Source of the DNA: Podarcis melisellensis
Taxonomy: Eukaryota
Strand: one strand, 5' to 3'
Assembly: GCA_964234715.1 (NCBI GenBank)
Contig: OZ174289.1
Length of the DNA stretch: 64,000 bases
In this document: one piece after another, positions 13,089 to 24,079 of the stretch
Layout of the letters: each line of letters begins with the position of its first letter
Numbering within the stretch: the first letter of the stretch is position 1
Program-made: the position numbers and the translations under genes
Notes under the pieces: model-generated
What the model was told of the DNA's origin: nothing
What the model saw: only the letters and a program-made list of their open reading frames with translations
Database searches by the model: none

Positions 13089-14676
13089 TATATGATTTTC
13101 AGTAGTGAGTCTCTTGACCATCTGCATGATGGCTCATTTGGTATTGTTCCTTTTGTCTCAGGATTAAGAAGAAGAAAAAACACCACAAAACAAAACTGAT
13201 GTTGCAAATCTTAGATTTATTTGAAGTGACATTTTATGGGATCAGGGAATTTTTATGGGAAATGTGTTATGGGATCAGGGATTAAGTATAAAGGGAACTG
13301 CTGGCACTTTTAAAACAGTTAAAGATCCAACTTTAGCCAATCTTGTAACTTTCTGGCATTTGTTCAGTATTTTTCTCTCACTTTGGTTCCTTTTTAAGGA
13401 ACTTCTGGTTTCCTGCACAGCTACTTTGGTCCCCCCCCCCCCCGTAAACTATTGCTGCATCCCAATAAGTTCTACTACAGAGCTTCAGCATCACGATTTA
13501 TTATTTGAATTCTTTTCTCCTTGCTTTATCTTGAAGACTGCATCTACAATATGAGTAGCTTTTATATGCTTTATACTCCCTCCCCCATAGATCCTTGGGA
13601 GGGTGTTCAGTTTCATAGCAGGTTTAGCCTATCCTATTGAAGTAATAAGTGAGGGGGGAAAGTATTTGATCCCCTGCTAAATTTGCCCGTTTGCCTTCTG
13701 ACGAAGAAATGACCAGTTCATAATTTTAATGGTAGGTTTATTGTAGCTGTGAGAGACAGAATAACAACAGGAAAACCCCCAGAAACCCCGAAGACAAAAG
13801 TCAGAGATTGATGTGTATTATAATGAGTGAAATAAGTATTTGATCCCTTTGCAAAAGATGACTTAGTACTTGGTGGCAAAACCCCTGTTGGCATTGACAG
13901 AGGTCAGACGTTTCTTGTAGGTGGTCACCAGGTTTGCACACATCTCAGGAGGTATTTTGTCCCACTCCTCTTTGCAGATCCACTCCAAGTCAGTAAGATT
14001 TTGAGGCTGATGTGTAGCTACTCGAACCTTCAGCTCCCTCCACAGATTTTAGATGGGAATAAGGTCTGGAGACTGGCTAGGCCACTCCAGGACCTTAATG
14101 TGCTTCTTCTTGAGCCACTCCTTTGTTGCCTTGGCCATGTGTTTTGGGTCATTGTCATGCTGGAATACCCACCCTCGACCCATTTTCAATGCCCTGGCTG
14201 AGTGAAGGAGGTGCTCACCCAAGATTTGACGGTACATAGTCCCGTCCATCATCCCCTCGAAGCGGTGAAAGTGTCTTGTCCCCTTAGCAGAAAAACACCT
14301 CCAAAGCATAATATGTCCCCCTCCATGTTTGACAGTGGGGATAGTGTTCTTGGGGTCGTAGGCAGCATTCCTCCTCCTCCAAACACGGCGAGTTGAGTTG
14401 ATGCCAAAGAGCTCGATTTTGGTCTCATCTGACCACAACACTTTCACCCAGTTCTCCTCTGGGTCATTCAGATGTGCATTGGCAAACTGCAGACGGACCT
14501 GTCCATGTGCTGTCTTGAGCAAGGGGACTTTGCGGGCTCTGCAAGATCTCAGTCCTTCACGGTGTAGTGTCTTACCAACTGTTTTCATGGTGACTATGGT
14601 CCCAGCTGCCCTGAGATCATTGACAAATTCCCCCCGTGTAGTTCTGGGCTGCTTCATCACTGTTCTCATTATTATT

Positions 14677-14890
14677 AAAACAAAAAAAATTCCTTCCAGT
14701 AGCACCTTAAAGACCAACTAAGTTAGTTCTTGGTATGAGCTTTCGTGTGCATGCACACTTCTTCAGATACACAGTGTGCATGCACACGAAAGCTCATACC
14801 AAGAACTAACTTAGTTGGTCTTTAAGGTGCTACTGGAAGGAATTTTTTTTGTTTTGACTATGGCAGACCAACACGGCTACCTATCTGTAA
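14677..14890 (+). mobile_element. Penelope-like element remnant (inverted pseudo-LTR palindrome) inserted in the Tc1
   Basis: 12-bp TSD ctcattattatt (14665-14676, 14891-14902); perfect 83-bp inverted arms (14677-14759 / 14773-14855) plus a 35-nt unpaired 3' extension; contains a hammerhead motif. Confidence 0.88.
14733..14770 (-). ncRNA. Minimal type I hammerhead ribozyme motif
   Basis: Minus strand GUAU-CUGAAGA-A-GUGUG(CAUG)CACAC-GAAA-GC-UC-AUAC: core boxes, stem I GUAU/AUAC, stem II, palindromic AGCU in place of stem III. Confidence 0.8.
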
Positions 14891-15274
14891 CTCATTATTA
14901 TTGCAACTCCACCAGTTGAGATCTTGCAATGGAGCCCCAGACCGAGGGAGGTTGAGAGTTATTTTGTGTTTCTTCCATTTGTGAATTATTGCACCAACTG
15001 TTGTCACCTTCTCACCAAGCTGCTTGGCAATAGTCTTGTATCCCAGTCCAGCCTTGTGCAGGTCTACAGTCTTGTCCCTGACATCCTTGGACAGCTCTTT
15101 GGTCTTGGTCATGGTGGCTGCTTTGGAATCTGCTGGATTGATTGCTTCTGTCAACAGGTGTCTTTTGTACAGGTACTGTAACGAGCTGGGATTGCAGGTA
15201 AGACCTCTTCCTTACAGCAGGGGCTTCCAATCTCAGCTCATTACATACAGTGAAGATACCAGGTAGATCTCCTA

Positions 15275-16020
15275 TTACACTTTCATATTGCTTGCACTAT
15301 GTCAGCAAAGCAAATACTTTACTACTCCCAATTTTCTACAGGACTTCACATATTTTACAGCTGATACACCAGTCATAGGCAAACTCCGGCCCTCCAGATG
15401 TTTGGGATTACAATTCCCATCATCCCTGACCACTGGTCCTGTTAGCTAGGGATGATGGGAGTTGTAGCCCCAAAATGCCTGTGATATACTCTGCAAAATG
15501 TATGTTCTCTTCTGTTTAAAAAAAATGGCTGAGGAGTTGTTATCACAAAGTTTTTGATTCCTACTCCCCTCACATTTGTCCACCCACCTGTAAGTACTGC
15601 AAGGCATGGTGCTACGTAGATTTTCCCTTGCACAAATTCCATTACGCGTTCATATTCTGATTCTAAAAGACATTTGATCAAAGGATGTCTGCTGGGCAGA
15701 TAGTATGATGGTTTTAGTAATTTAAAAGCTTCCTGCCAGTGTGCATTTCTTGACACTGGCATTCCAGAAGAATATATTGGTCTTGCAAGAGCTTGGTCAA
15801 TTCCCCCCCCCCCCCGATCTTCACGTGTCACCTTGCCTACAAATAAAGCTATTGAGTATTTTTGGGATGAAGTTGTTTACCTGAGGATGCTGACTGGGCA
15901 ACCATTTGTGAAATTGCTGATGTTGCAGAAGGAGTAGAAAGGAGACTTCTGGAATGAGAACATTGGGGAAAGCAACTTGTACTTTCATCATTATGGTCCA
16001 TTTTGCTGAGGAGGGAGAAT
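15275..16020 (-). mobile_element. hAT transposase fossil (DUF659-like)
   Basis: IDQALARPIYSSGMP…WQEAFKLLKPSYYLPSR…VLTGGWTNVRG…NFVITTPQPFF (decayed DGWTN) and, with a frameshift, VFALLT/SASNMK near 15280-15320. Limits approximate. Confidence 0.8.
15370..15481. mobile_element. Palindromic hAT MITE inserted in the hAT fossil
   Basis: cagtcatagg … atgcctg; TSD tgatacac/tgatatac; internal hairpin tacaattcccatcatccct…agggatgatgggagttgta. Confidence 0.8.
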
Positions 16021-16095
16021 AATTTTATAACTAGCTTGCGGGTAAACACTAAGCTACTGGTGATGGTGAAGCTACTGGCAATAGGACTTGGACAC

Positions 16096-16210
16096 AGGCT
16101 ACCTGAAAGTGTATATCTCCCTACATGAACCTGCCCAGGTGTTAAGAACCTCAGGTGAGTGTTTCTCTTGGTTCTATCAACATCAGATACATGGTTGATG
16201 GTGACAATGG
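16096..16210 (+). mobile_element. L2 ORF2 fragment
   Basis: GYLK..ISLHEPAQVLRTSGE resembles the L2 segment upstream of RAFSVAAP. Confidence 0.5.
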
Positions 16211-16368
16211 GCTAGTGCCAATTGGACTGGAGGCGGTGGCATGAATGGCGTCCTGCTCCTGTGCTTCTGTGCTGGTAATGGAGGAACAAACCTTGTGGCT
16301 AGTACAGAATTCCTGGTCACCTATGTTTGCTAGGTGAATTGTTTAAATATATATGGCTTAGATTAATA

Positions 16369-16458
16369 ATAGATTTGTGGAGCTGGAAGGGACCACAAGT
16401 GTGGGGCTCAGACCCTGGACCCCGAGATTAAGAGTCTCATTCTCTACCAACTGAGCCG
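16369..16458 (-). mobile_element. tRNA(Lys-CTT)-head SINE with CR1-type tail
   Basis: Minus strand gctcagttggtagagaatgagactcttaatctcggggt…gagccccac closely follows tRNA-Lys(CTT), fused to ggtcccttccagctccacaaatctat. Confidence 0.75.
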
Positions 16459-18613
16459 ACTTCCTCAAGGTACCTGCTTTTGGCAGATTCTGGGTTTTGA
16501 TTGCAAGACTTGGTGTTTTAGACTTCAGAGGTCAAGTTTTGGGTTCTCAAACCTGGCAGAGCAACAAGTGAGCTTCGTGAAGATTCAGATCTTACATCCA
16601 TGCACGTTTTCCAAAGGCTGCCATGCTCACGGGTCCCCCCCCCAAAAAAAAATGTCGTTTCTGCCTGGAAGCCAAATCTTCCAATGCTGGCTGTAGCTGA
16701 TGGAGTCCAGCAGCATTTGGGAGGCTACAGGTGCCTATCCCCGATGTATAACCTGTATGGGCTTCCTTTTGTACAAGAGATTTCATAAATTCCGAGTGTA
16801 GTCATGTCTGTAACCTTCCTGTGTGCTAGGCAAGTTGTAGAACTGATACTGTGGAGGTTACAATTTCTGGGGAGGTTTGGTATGGAAGGACTTGAGTTGA
16901 AGGATCATTTGAGCAGAATAAAAAGTTTGGTTTATTTTTCCAGTGGCAAGCCTGCAGCTATTTTTGCCTGTGTCAGCTCTCTAAATGTTCCCAGCGCTAT
17001 GGCCTGCTTATTTTCTAGTTGCAGGGCTGCACTGAGCCATAGCTGACACACAGAGGCAAGCAATTGTTACTTTGTGCTTGCAGTGTCAACACTGCATTGC
17101 AGACCACAGCACTGCATTAGTAATCAGCACACACTAAACAGTGGTTTGTAGGGACAGCCACATATAGGATTGGGTTTCACACTGAGCTGGACACACTGAT
17201 CTCCCCTGTCAAGGACATACTGGGTTCAAAAAGATCAAATATAAGAGCTTTACTCATCTGACCAAGCGTCCCATCTCTTCCAGCATTTGGTTTCCAACTC
17301 TGGCCAACCAGATGACTTTGTGAAGCCCGGCCTAAACAGGGCATGAAGGCAGCAGCAATTCCCTGTGGTTTGTTCCCAGCACCCTGCTGCATATGGCCTC
17401 TTAGTGTGGATTTCCCATTTAGATACCGTGGGTAATATTGTTAGATGACTTCTTTGTGAATTTGTCTACGCTTCATCTCTTTAAAGCCTAATGGACATCA
17501 CAGCAAAACATGTAGGCAATGACATTTGAAAGCTCTCAGATATAGGTTCTGACATGTATAATAAGCCGTTTCACGGGCCAGTTTGTGATATGACGAAAGC
17601 AGGTCACGGCTGTCATCCACCCAAAATGTCACCTGTTATTTTTTTTTTCATCTCCTCCTTTTCCAATACCACATTTTCCTTTTTGTGTTGTCACATTTCT
17701 GCTTCTTTCTCTTGCTAGAGCAAAATGTCCTAAATGAAAGCTTTCTCTGTCAGGGTGAGATAACATTTTGTCAGGTAGAGGAGAGATTGGAGAACAGCGC
17801 TCTATACCTCTCTGAGCTCCGTGGTGGGAGGGCAGGATGAAAAAGCACGAGTGCTGCTCCTTGGGTGAACCCCCTTTCTATTGGGTGTCAGCTGTACACT
17901 TTGAGTCTGTTTGTAGGTTAATTATGGTGGTGGCATAAAAGCATTTTCCAAGTTATTTGTATGCTTCTGGCAGCAAAGTCTCATTTTTAAGCATTGGTGG
18001 GGGGTAGGAGGAGGTAATTGTAGAAATAAATCCCAACCCATATGTAGGCGCACTTTTGCTTGCTTTCATTGACAATAGTTTATTATACAACAGCTGATGC
18101 ATTTAGTATTTGTGGATTCTCTTAATTGATGACTGTACTAGTTTCAGAGCAGAGCTCTCGCAAGTGAAGACAATAGGTCAGTGTCTACTCTTCATGCATA
18201 AATAGCCGGAGACATGCCGATTGTGTCTGAAGGGTAGTATTCGTTGTTCCCGTGGAGTAGTAATCTTTCCCATGAATGGAGGCTTGGTCAGCCGGTCGAA
18301 GGTGGATTGTGCTTTTCCTTGTCCTGCATCCTGCTGATTCAGAGGCTTGTGTTTGCATCAATTAAGTACATGCGCAAGGAAGAACAGGGCCAGCGTTTCC
18401 TTTCACAATATGGGGATACTCTAAAATGTGCTGGAGCAGTGAGTTATAAAGCACATGTACTGTAGCCCTTTCTTGAAGATCTAGTTCTTACAATGCCAAA
18501 TAAAACATAAGAAAAGTAAACAATTATCCCATTAATTTCAGAAGGCCTGTTTTATTTTACTTTCTGTGACTTACAGTTACCCCTCCCCCTTTTTGCCTCT
18601 TTTCTTGTGACAG

Positions 18614-18651
18614 GCCGTATGGAGGCTTACAGCCTGCAACTGCACTAAACG
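18614..18651 (+). other. Candidate alternative/cassette exon in DENND1A intron 2 (38 nt, or 50 nt to 18663)
   Basis: About 35-nt pyrimidine tract + gacag| acceptor; possible donors ACG|gttggg or AAA|gtaggg. Open as PYGGLQPATALN in a phase-2-in/phase-1-out frame. No transcript evidence. Confidence 0.4.
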
Positions 18652-19886
18652 GTTGGGAAGAAAGTAGGGTTTCATTTTGTTTCAGCAAGTACTAGAGTTT
18701 GTAGCATGTTTCTAGATTTTTTTGCGTAGAGTTGTAAGAATTCGAGTTTCCCTGCTCACTTCTGTGCTTTGGAAAGGGAGGAGATACTGAGAGCAGGGTT
18801 AACCTATGATGATGTGGAGGAAGCCAGAATGGCTTGGCAAATGATCTTCTGTTGTATTCTCAGATGAGTCCCCTTTTTACACAGCCAGACCCGTCCCAAA
18901 GGCCTGGGGTGGGTGACAATAAGTTTCTAAAAAGACATACGGATTATGAAATCGAACTATGAACAGCTGTAAATAGCCAAGTGGTCACAGTTTTTATAGT
19001 TCCCAGCGAATTCAGATGGTAGTTTCATTTTTCTAAAGACTTACAAATAACAGTAATCATGTTATTTTACTGGTGTGTTGCACCTTCATGCAGGGAGAGG
19101 AGCCTTTAAGAGGTAAGCAGCATCACAGAGCCTCCAAATTCCAGCTGGAGAGATGCAATTTTTCCGATATGGATGATCTTAAGCATAAGCCACATTGTTG
19201 AAACTCTGGCTTTGTGGTTGAAGGGTGCACCAAAACATCTCTTCCGATTTGCTGAATTTTGGTATCCAAGTGACACGGAAATGGTCACAGAAAAGAGCAG
19301 TCACAAACATGCAGCGGATTCCCACCCTGTCAGCTGGAAAATTAAATCAGGTTCCAGTTTGGGATTAACACTGAGGCTGCAGGGAAGGGCAGGTAGTGTC
19401 TTAAATGGCATGAAATTGCAGAATGCGATTAAAAAACCCACAAATTTCTGCTTTAAGGTCTTTGTTAAGGATGTTTCCCTACCGCTGGGCATTAACAATG
19501 GCCTGCATTAACAAATATATTAACTGCATTTGGCAAATTAAAGCTCAGTTGGATATGTGATAAATAGTGGAAGGCACTAGGTCATGAACACACTAGATCT
19601 ATTACTCCAAAAGGAGTTTATATAAGCAGTTTAATGCTGTTTTGCAGTCGTCCTGTCTCCAGAATGTGTTATATGAAGGAACAAAAGTCCAGTTTGAGGT
19701 GAAATACCAAACACAAACTAGCCTGATCTAATTTTGATCCTTTTTTGAATGTTCAGGGTAAGCTATAAACCCTTTTAAAACCTATAGATAAACTCTAAAA
19801 GACACACACAAGACAGCAGGGTCAGGGAAAGTAAGTAAGCTGAAATTTTCTTCTTAGTAAGCTTGCATAGGATTGTGTTGCATATA

Positions 19887-20074
19887 CAGTGCTACCTCCA
19901 GTTGTGCACGGGATCCGTTCCAGAGCCCTGGTCGGATCCTGAGGAATGTGCAACTGGAGGTGCCTGTTCTATGTATGTGTGCGGGGTGAAACCTGGAAAA
20001 ATACTTCTGGGTTTGCTGCGTGCGTAACCTGAAGGATATGCAACCAGGGGTGTGCATATCCACAGGTACCACTG
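19887..20074. mobile_element. Tc1/mariner MITE
   Basis: TA|cagtgctacct … aggtaccactg|TA; left end resembles that of 12819. Confidence 0.85.
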
Positions 20075-20718
20075 TATAATGCAAAACTGGAACTCGGCAT
20101 GTGGACAAAGTGAAGAGGCAAAGCACTGGCCACATAACTGAGAGGTTGCTAGTATTCCTTTATTTAAAACTAGAAAAGATTATTTAAAAGGAGAACAGAA
20201 GCCAGTCTGAATTTCAAAATTCAGCCACCAGATCTTGCCTCTGCCAGCTTATATAACCAGCATATTTTTATAATGCAGGAAGTATTCTATCTCCCCAACT
20301 ACCCACCCAAGAAAAGAATGAAACTGAAGGGACATTTTTGTATTCCCACTGGGGCAGTGAGCTAATTCATGTTTTACAGCATAAGAAAACAAAGCTTCTA
20401 ATGGGAGACACAAATTGTTTTAAAATGTAGGCAGCCTTCTTAACTAAGCTGTAAATGTTTTATTGGTACAAACCCCACATTTTGGAAAGATCTCATTATG
20501 GCTTTTCCATGGTAATTTCTAAATGCCGTAATTCCCCCCCCTTTTTTAAAATTTTCCCAGTTATTCATATATGTGGTATGAAGCTTAGATATATTTAAAA
20601 CACATCAGAAACATTTGGTTGTACTTCTCTCCCGGAAGAAGAAAAAACAGCCAAGAAAGATATCCTGGTTTTAATGGCCTTCCAAACCATTGTTTAAGCA
20701 TCACGTGGAGTTGGTCAT

Positions 20719-20857
20719 CAGGGATGGAAAACCTGCAGTTCTCCAGACCTTGTTGGAGTACAGCTCCCTTTACCCTTGACCAATGGCAATGTTGAATGGG
20801 GCTGATGAAAGTTAAGAATCCAGTGACATCTGAAGGGCCACAGGGTTCCCATCCTTG
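20719..20857. mobile_element. Old palindromic hAT-type MITE
   Basis: cagggatggaaaacctg … cagggttcccatccttg; same family as 15370-15481; further decayed copies at about 16680-16742, 21297-21408 and 60318-60421. Confidence 0.7.
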
Positions 20858-20887
20858 GTCTAAACAGAGATTTATATTTATATATTC

Positions 20888-21256
20888 AAGAATTGATGCT
20901 TTTGAATTCTGGTGCTGGAGGAGACTCTTGAGAGTCTCATGGACTGCAAAAAGAACAAACCTATCCATTCTGAAGGAAACCAGCCCTGAGTGCTCACTGG
21001 AAGGACAGATCCTGAAGCTGAGGCTCCAAGACTTTGGCCATCTCATGAGAAGAGAAGACTCCCTGGAAAAGACAATGATGTTGGGAAAGATGGAGGGCAC
21101 AAGGAGAAGGGGACAACGGAGGACGAGATGGTGGGACAGTGTTCTCGAAGCTACCAGCATGAGTTTGAGCAAACTGCGGGAGGCAGTGGAAGACAGGAGT
21201 GCCTGGCGTGCTCTGGTCCAGGGGGTCACGAAGAGTCAGACACGACTAAACAACAA
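20888..21256 (+). mobile_element. Bov-B (RTE) LINE 3' fragment
   Basis: RIDAFEFWCWRRLLRVSWTAKRTN…GVTKSQTRLN; ends cacgactaaacaacaa. Confidence 0.95.
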
Positions 21257-21929
21257 AATAGAAGTTCACAGTTGCAAGCATATCCTTTCATGAAGATCAG
21301 CTTTCCCTAGTCTGGTACCTTCCAGATATTTTGGACTCAGGTTCCCATAAGCCTTGCCAGCACACTCATGCAGTCCAGAGCATCAGGAAGGCACCAGGTT
21401 GGAGAACGTTATAGAGAAAGAGCCCTGATTAAAAACTTGGGCATTGGTTTGATGAGGTCCTTTGCTGTGGAGATCCAAGCTGTCATACCACTGTACTGTT
21501 ATTTTTTAAATGCCCTCTGAATATTCAGTATACTTAAAATATATTTAAACTTGTGGGCTTGCTTGTGGGCTTCCCAGAAGGATTCACCGGGGCTCTGCTT
21601 ATCATCTTTTATCCATGCATCATTGAAGCTACCTTGTGTCTAGAATTAATGAATCAGTTTTAAATACAAACCTTCATTAGAACACCTTTTTCATTGAGCC
21701 CTGGGTTTTTGCATGCAGACACACATGTTGAATGCCCAGAGTTTTACTTGGAGACACTCTCATCGAATTTTGATTTGCTAGCTCCTCATAACATTGCGCT
21801 TCTTGCATCATCATGCTTTTGAGGGCCACCGTGCATAGGTTAACCTTAGAATTATTAATTTCACCTAAACTGGCTGGTGGTACCAAATCATCCTGGTTTT
21901 AAATGGGAAAATGTTTTTTCGCTTGTGTT

Positions 21930-22122
21930 ATTTTGCACATTTATATCCCTCCTTTCCTCCAGGGAGCTCAAAGCGGCTTACATGCTTCTCTATACCCATT
22001 TTGTCTTCAAAACAATCCTGTCAGACTGAGAGTGACCGGCCCAGTGAGCTGAGTAGGGATTTGAACCCTTTTCTTCCAGGCCCCTGGTCCAGCACTCTGG
22101 CTACTGCCAAACACTGTCTCTC
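21930..22122 (-). mobile_element. tRNA/CORE/L2-tail SINE
   Basis: Reverse complement of the 44176 family (gggatttgaaccc B box, aacaatcctgt, ggagctcaaagcggcttacat). Confidence 0.7.
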
Positions 22123-22205
22123 TGAGGAGAGGGGCAGTTTCCCCACTCTCTTCCTCGGTTTGTAAAAGCCTCGGTTTGAGGGGTTTAGGAGCTGGGCCAA
22201 GAACC

Positions 22206-22443
22206 AAGAGTCAGCATAGTGTGGTGCTGAGCGTATCAGAGTAGGACTTGAGGCGCCCAGGTTCTAAACCCCACTAAACCAGAAAATCTGAAAATATGAG
22301 GGAGTTGACACTAGCCCTTTCGTTCTCCTTCAGCCTGACCTAGCTCACAGAATTGTTGTGAGGATAAAACGTGGTTGTGGGAATCATATCTTGGGCTCCC
22401 TGAAGGAAGAGGCGGGTAGGGGATTTAAATCCAATAAATAAAA
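22206..22443 (+). mobile_element. tRNA/CORE/L2-tail SINE
   Basis: gagtcagcatagtgtggtg…caggttctaaacccc…cagcctgacctagctcacagaattgttgtgaggataaa…aataaataaaa. Confidence 0.7.
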
Positions 22444-22730
22444 TTTCTGTAAGTTATTCAGGAGTTAGGAGGGGTAACACAACAAGCTCCCTTTTCCTTT
22501 AATAAGACCACTGTTAAAGTAAAGGGTATGTTTGCTGGTTGCTTTCCCCCAGTATTTACATCTTGCTCTTCAGCCATGAACGCCTTAGGGTGGCTCGCAA
22601 TTAATAAAAAATGGCACAGTCCTTGTCCACATGCCACAAAAGAAAAAAAGGGCTGGGAAGAGGAAAACAAGCAAACCGTTCTAATATTACCTACCTGAAG
22701 CCTTTGAAAAAGCATAAGGGTTAGGAATAT

Positions 22731-23076
22731 AATCATAGAATCATGCAGTTGGAAGGGGTCCCAAGGGCCATCTAGTCCAACCCGCTGCAATGCAGGAATC
22801 TCAGCTAAAGCATCCTGGACAGATGGCCACCCAACCTCTGGTTAAAAGCCTCTGAGAAAGGACAGTCCACAACCTCCTGAGGGACACCGTTCTACTGTCA
22901 AACAACCCTTACTGTCAGAAAGCTTTTCCTGATGTTGAGTCTGAATCTCCTTTCTTTAAAACTTGAAGCCATTGATTCGAGTCCAGAACAGGAGAAAGCA
23001 AGTTTGCTCCATCTTCCATGTGACAGCCCTTGAGATATTGGAAGATGGCTATCATCTCTCCTCTCAGTCTCCTCTT
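22731..23076 (-). mobile_element. CR1 LINE 3' end
   Basis: Minus strand RRLRGEMIAIFQYLKGCHMEDG… then a 3'UTR ending (attctatg)-type tail. Confidence 0.9.
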
Positions 23077-23951
23077 GTTTTCTTGTTCAGTCTTGACTGC
23101 CTAGGTTAGTTCTGGATGTACTTCTTGCTAGCTTTAGTTTTTTCTTTTGAATGGTTTTTAAAATTATTGTACTTTGGAAGCTGACTTAGGTTGTATTTTC
23201 AAGGTAAGGGAGTCCTGTGGAACAGGGTCTTAGGCTTCTGTTCTTCTACATGGCTTGCATGGAGTGAAGGTTGCCAAGCAGCTCTGATGTGTACAGACCA
23301 AGTATTTGAAGAGGATATCCAATTCATTATTGAGGTTGCATTGGTTCTGGTAGCTAACTTGGTGACTAAAGGAAGAGTAGGAGAGCAAGATGCACACTGA
23401 CCTTTGTGTGGTAGGTTGTGCTGGATTGAGTGGGGAGTGGCAGGGAAAGGAAGTGTCCATCGTTGAATGACAGAGCACCTGCTTTTCACCCAGAAACTCA
23501 GGGTGCACCCTCTGGCATCTCCAGCATGAAGGATGTTGAGTAGCAGGGCTTCCTAGAGGCAGTTGGTTGACCACTGTGAGTTTAGAATGCTGGACTAGTT
23601 AAAACATTTACTGTAATCTGATTTACAAGAGCCCTTCTTATGTTGTTTTGGCTGCCCATGTAAGGCAGCTACAGAAGAAACCTCTACCTGAATGTTGGGA
23701 AGAAGAATATGCTTTGTAGCACATGGATGTGTAGCACAGATATGTTACTATGAAATAGGAGCAAGTCCCATTTCATAAAAGTAGAGGTATTGCAAAGATT
23801 CCCTATTGTGGAGTTCTGTATGCATTCCTATGTGTCCATCAGTGCACAAGTGCAAAGTTGGCTTCTCCATTCACTTCAATGGAGGGACAAAGGGGGTTCA
23901 CAGAGTAGACTCACACAACTCACACTGTATGTAAGTTGGGTGTGCCTAAAC

Positions 23952-24079
23952 CAGGCATGTTCAAAGTCTGTCTCGGGGGCCTAATCCGGCACGCCGGCCT
24001 CTGTGGCAGTTTGGTTGGCCCTCATGGCCCTTCACTTCATCAAATCTGGCCCTCTTTGAAAAAAGGTTGGAAACCACTG
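23952..24079. mobile_element. hAT (Charlie-like) MITE
   Basis: caggcatgttcaaa … ggccctctttgaaaaaaggttggaaaccactg; TSD not clear. Confidence 0.6.

Larger units (their letters stand above)
13863..15112 (-). pseudogene. Tc1 transposase pseudogene
   Basis: [14 protein letters not shown]…GAP (+1 frameshift near 14930)…WSDETK…QHDNDPKH…SPDLIPI*; catalytic E position is TAA (14049-14051), 34 aa after the second D; ends GFATKY*; interrupted at 14677-14890. Confidence 0.93.
13648..15263 (-). mobile_element. Tc1 (DD34E, IR-DR type) transposon, one TIR retained
   Basis: TA then an approximately 200-bp terminal repeat (13648-13847) with two aagtatttgatccc direct repeats; transposase on the minus strand; opposite TIR not seen. 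Confidence 0.95.

Noticed and set aside
16400-16458. tRNA-Lys(CTT) gene (also Ile-like at 36770-36841)
   Set aside because: Acceptor stem missing or broken, T-arm mutated, fused to a CR1 tail; these are SINE heads.
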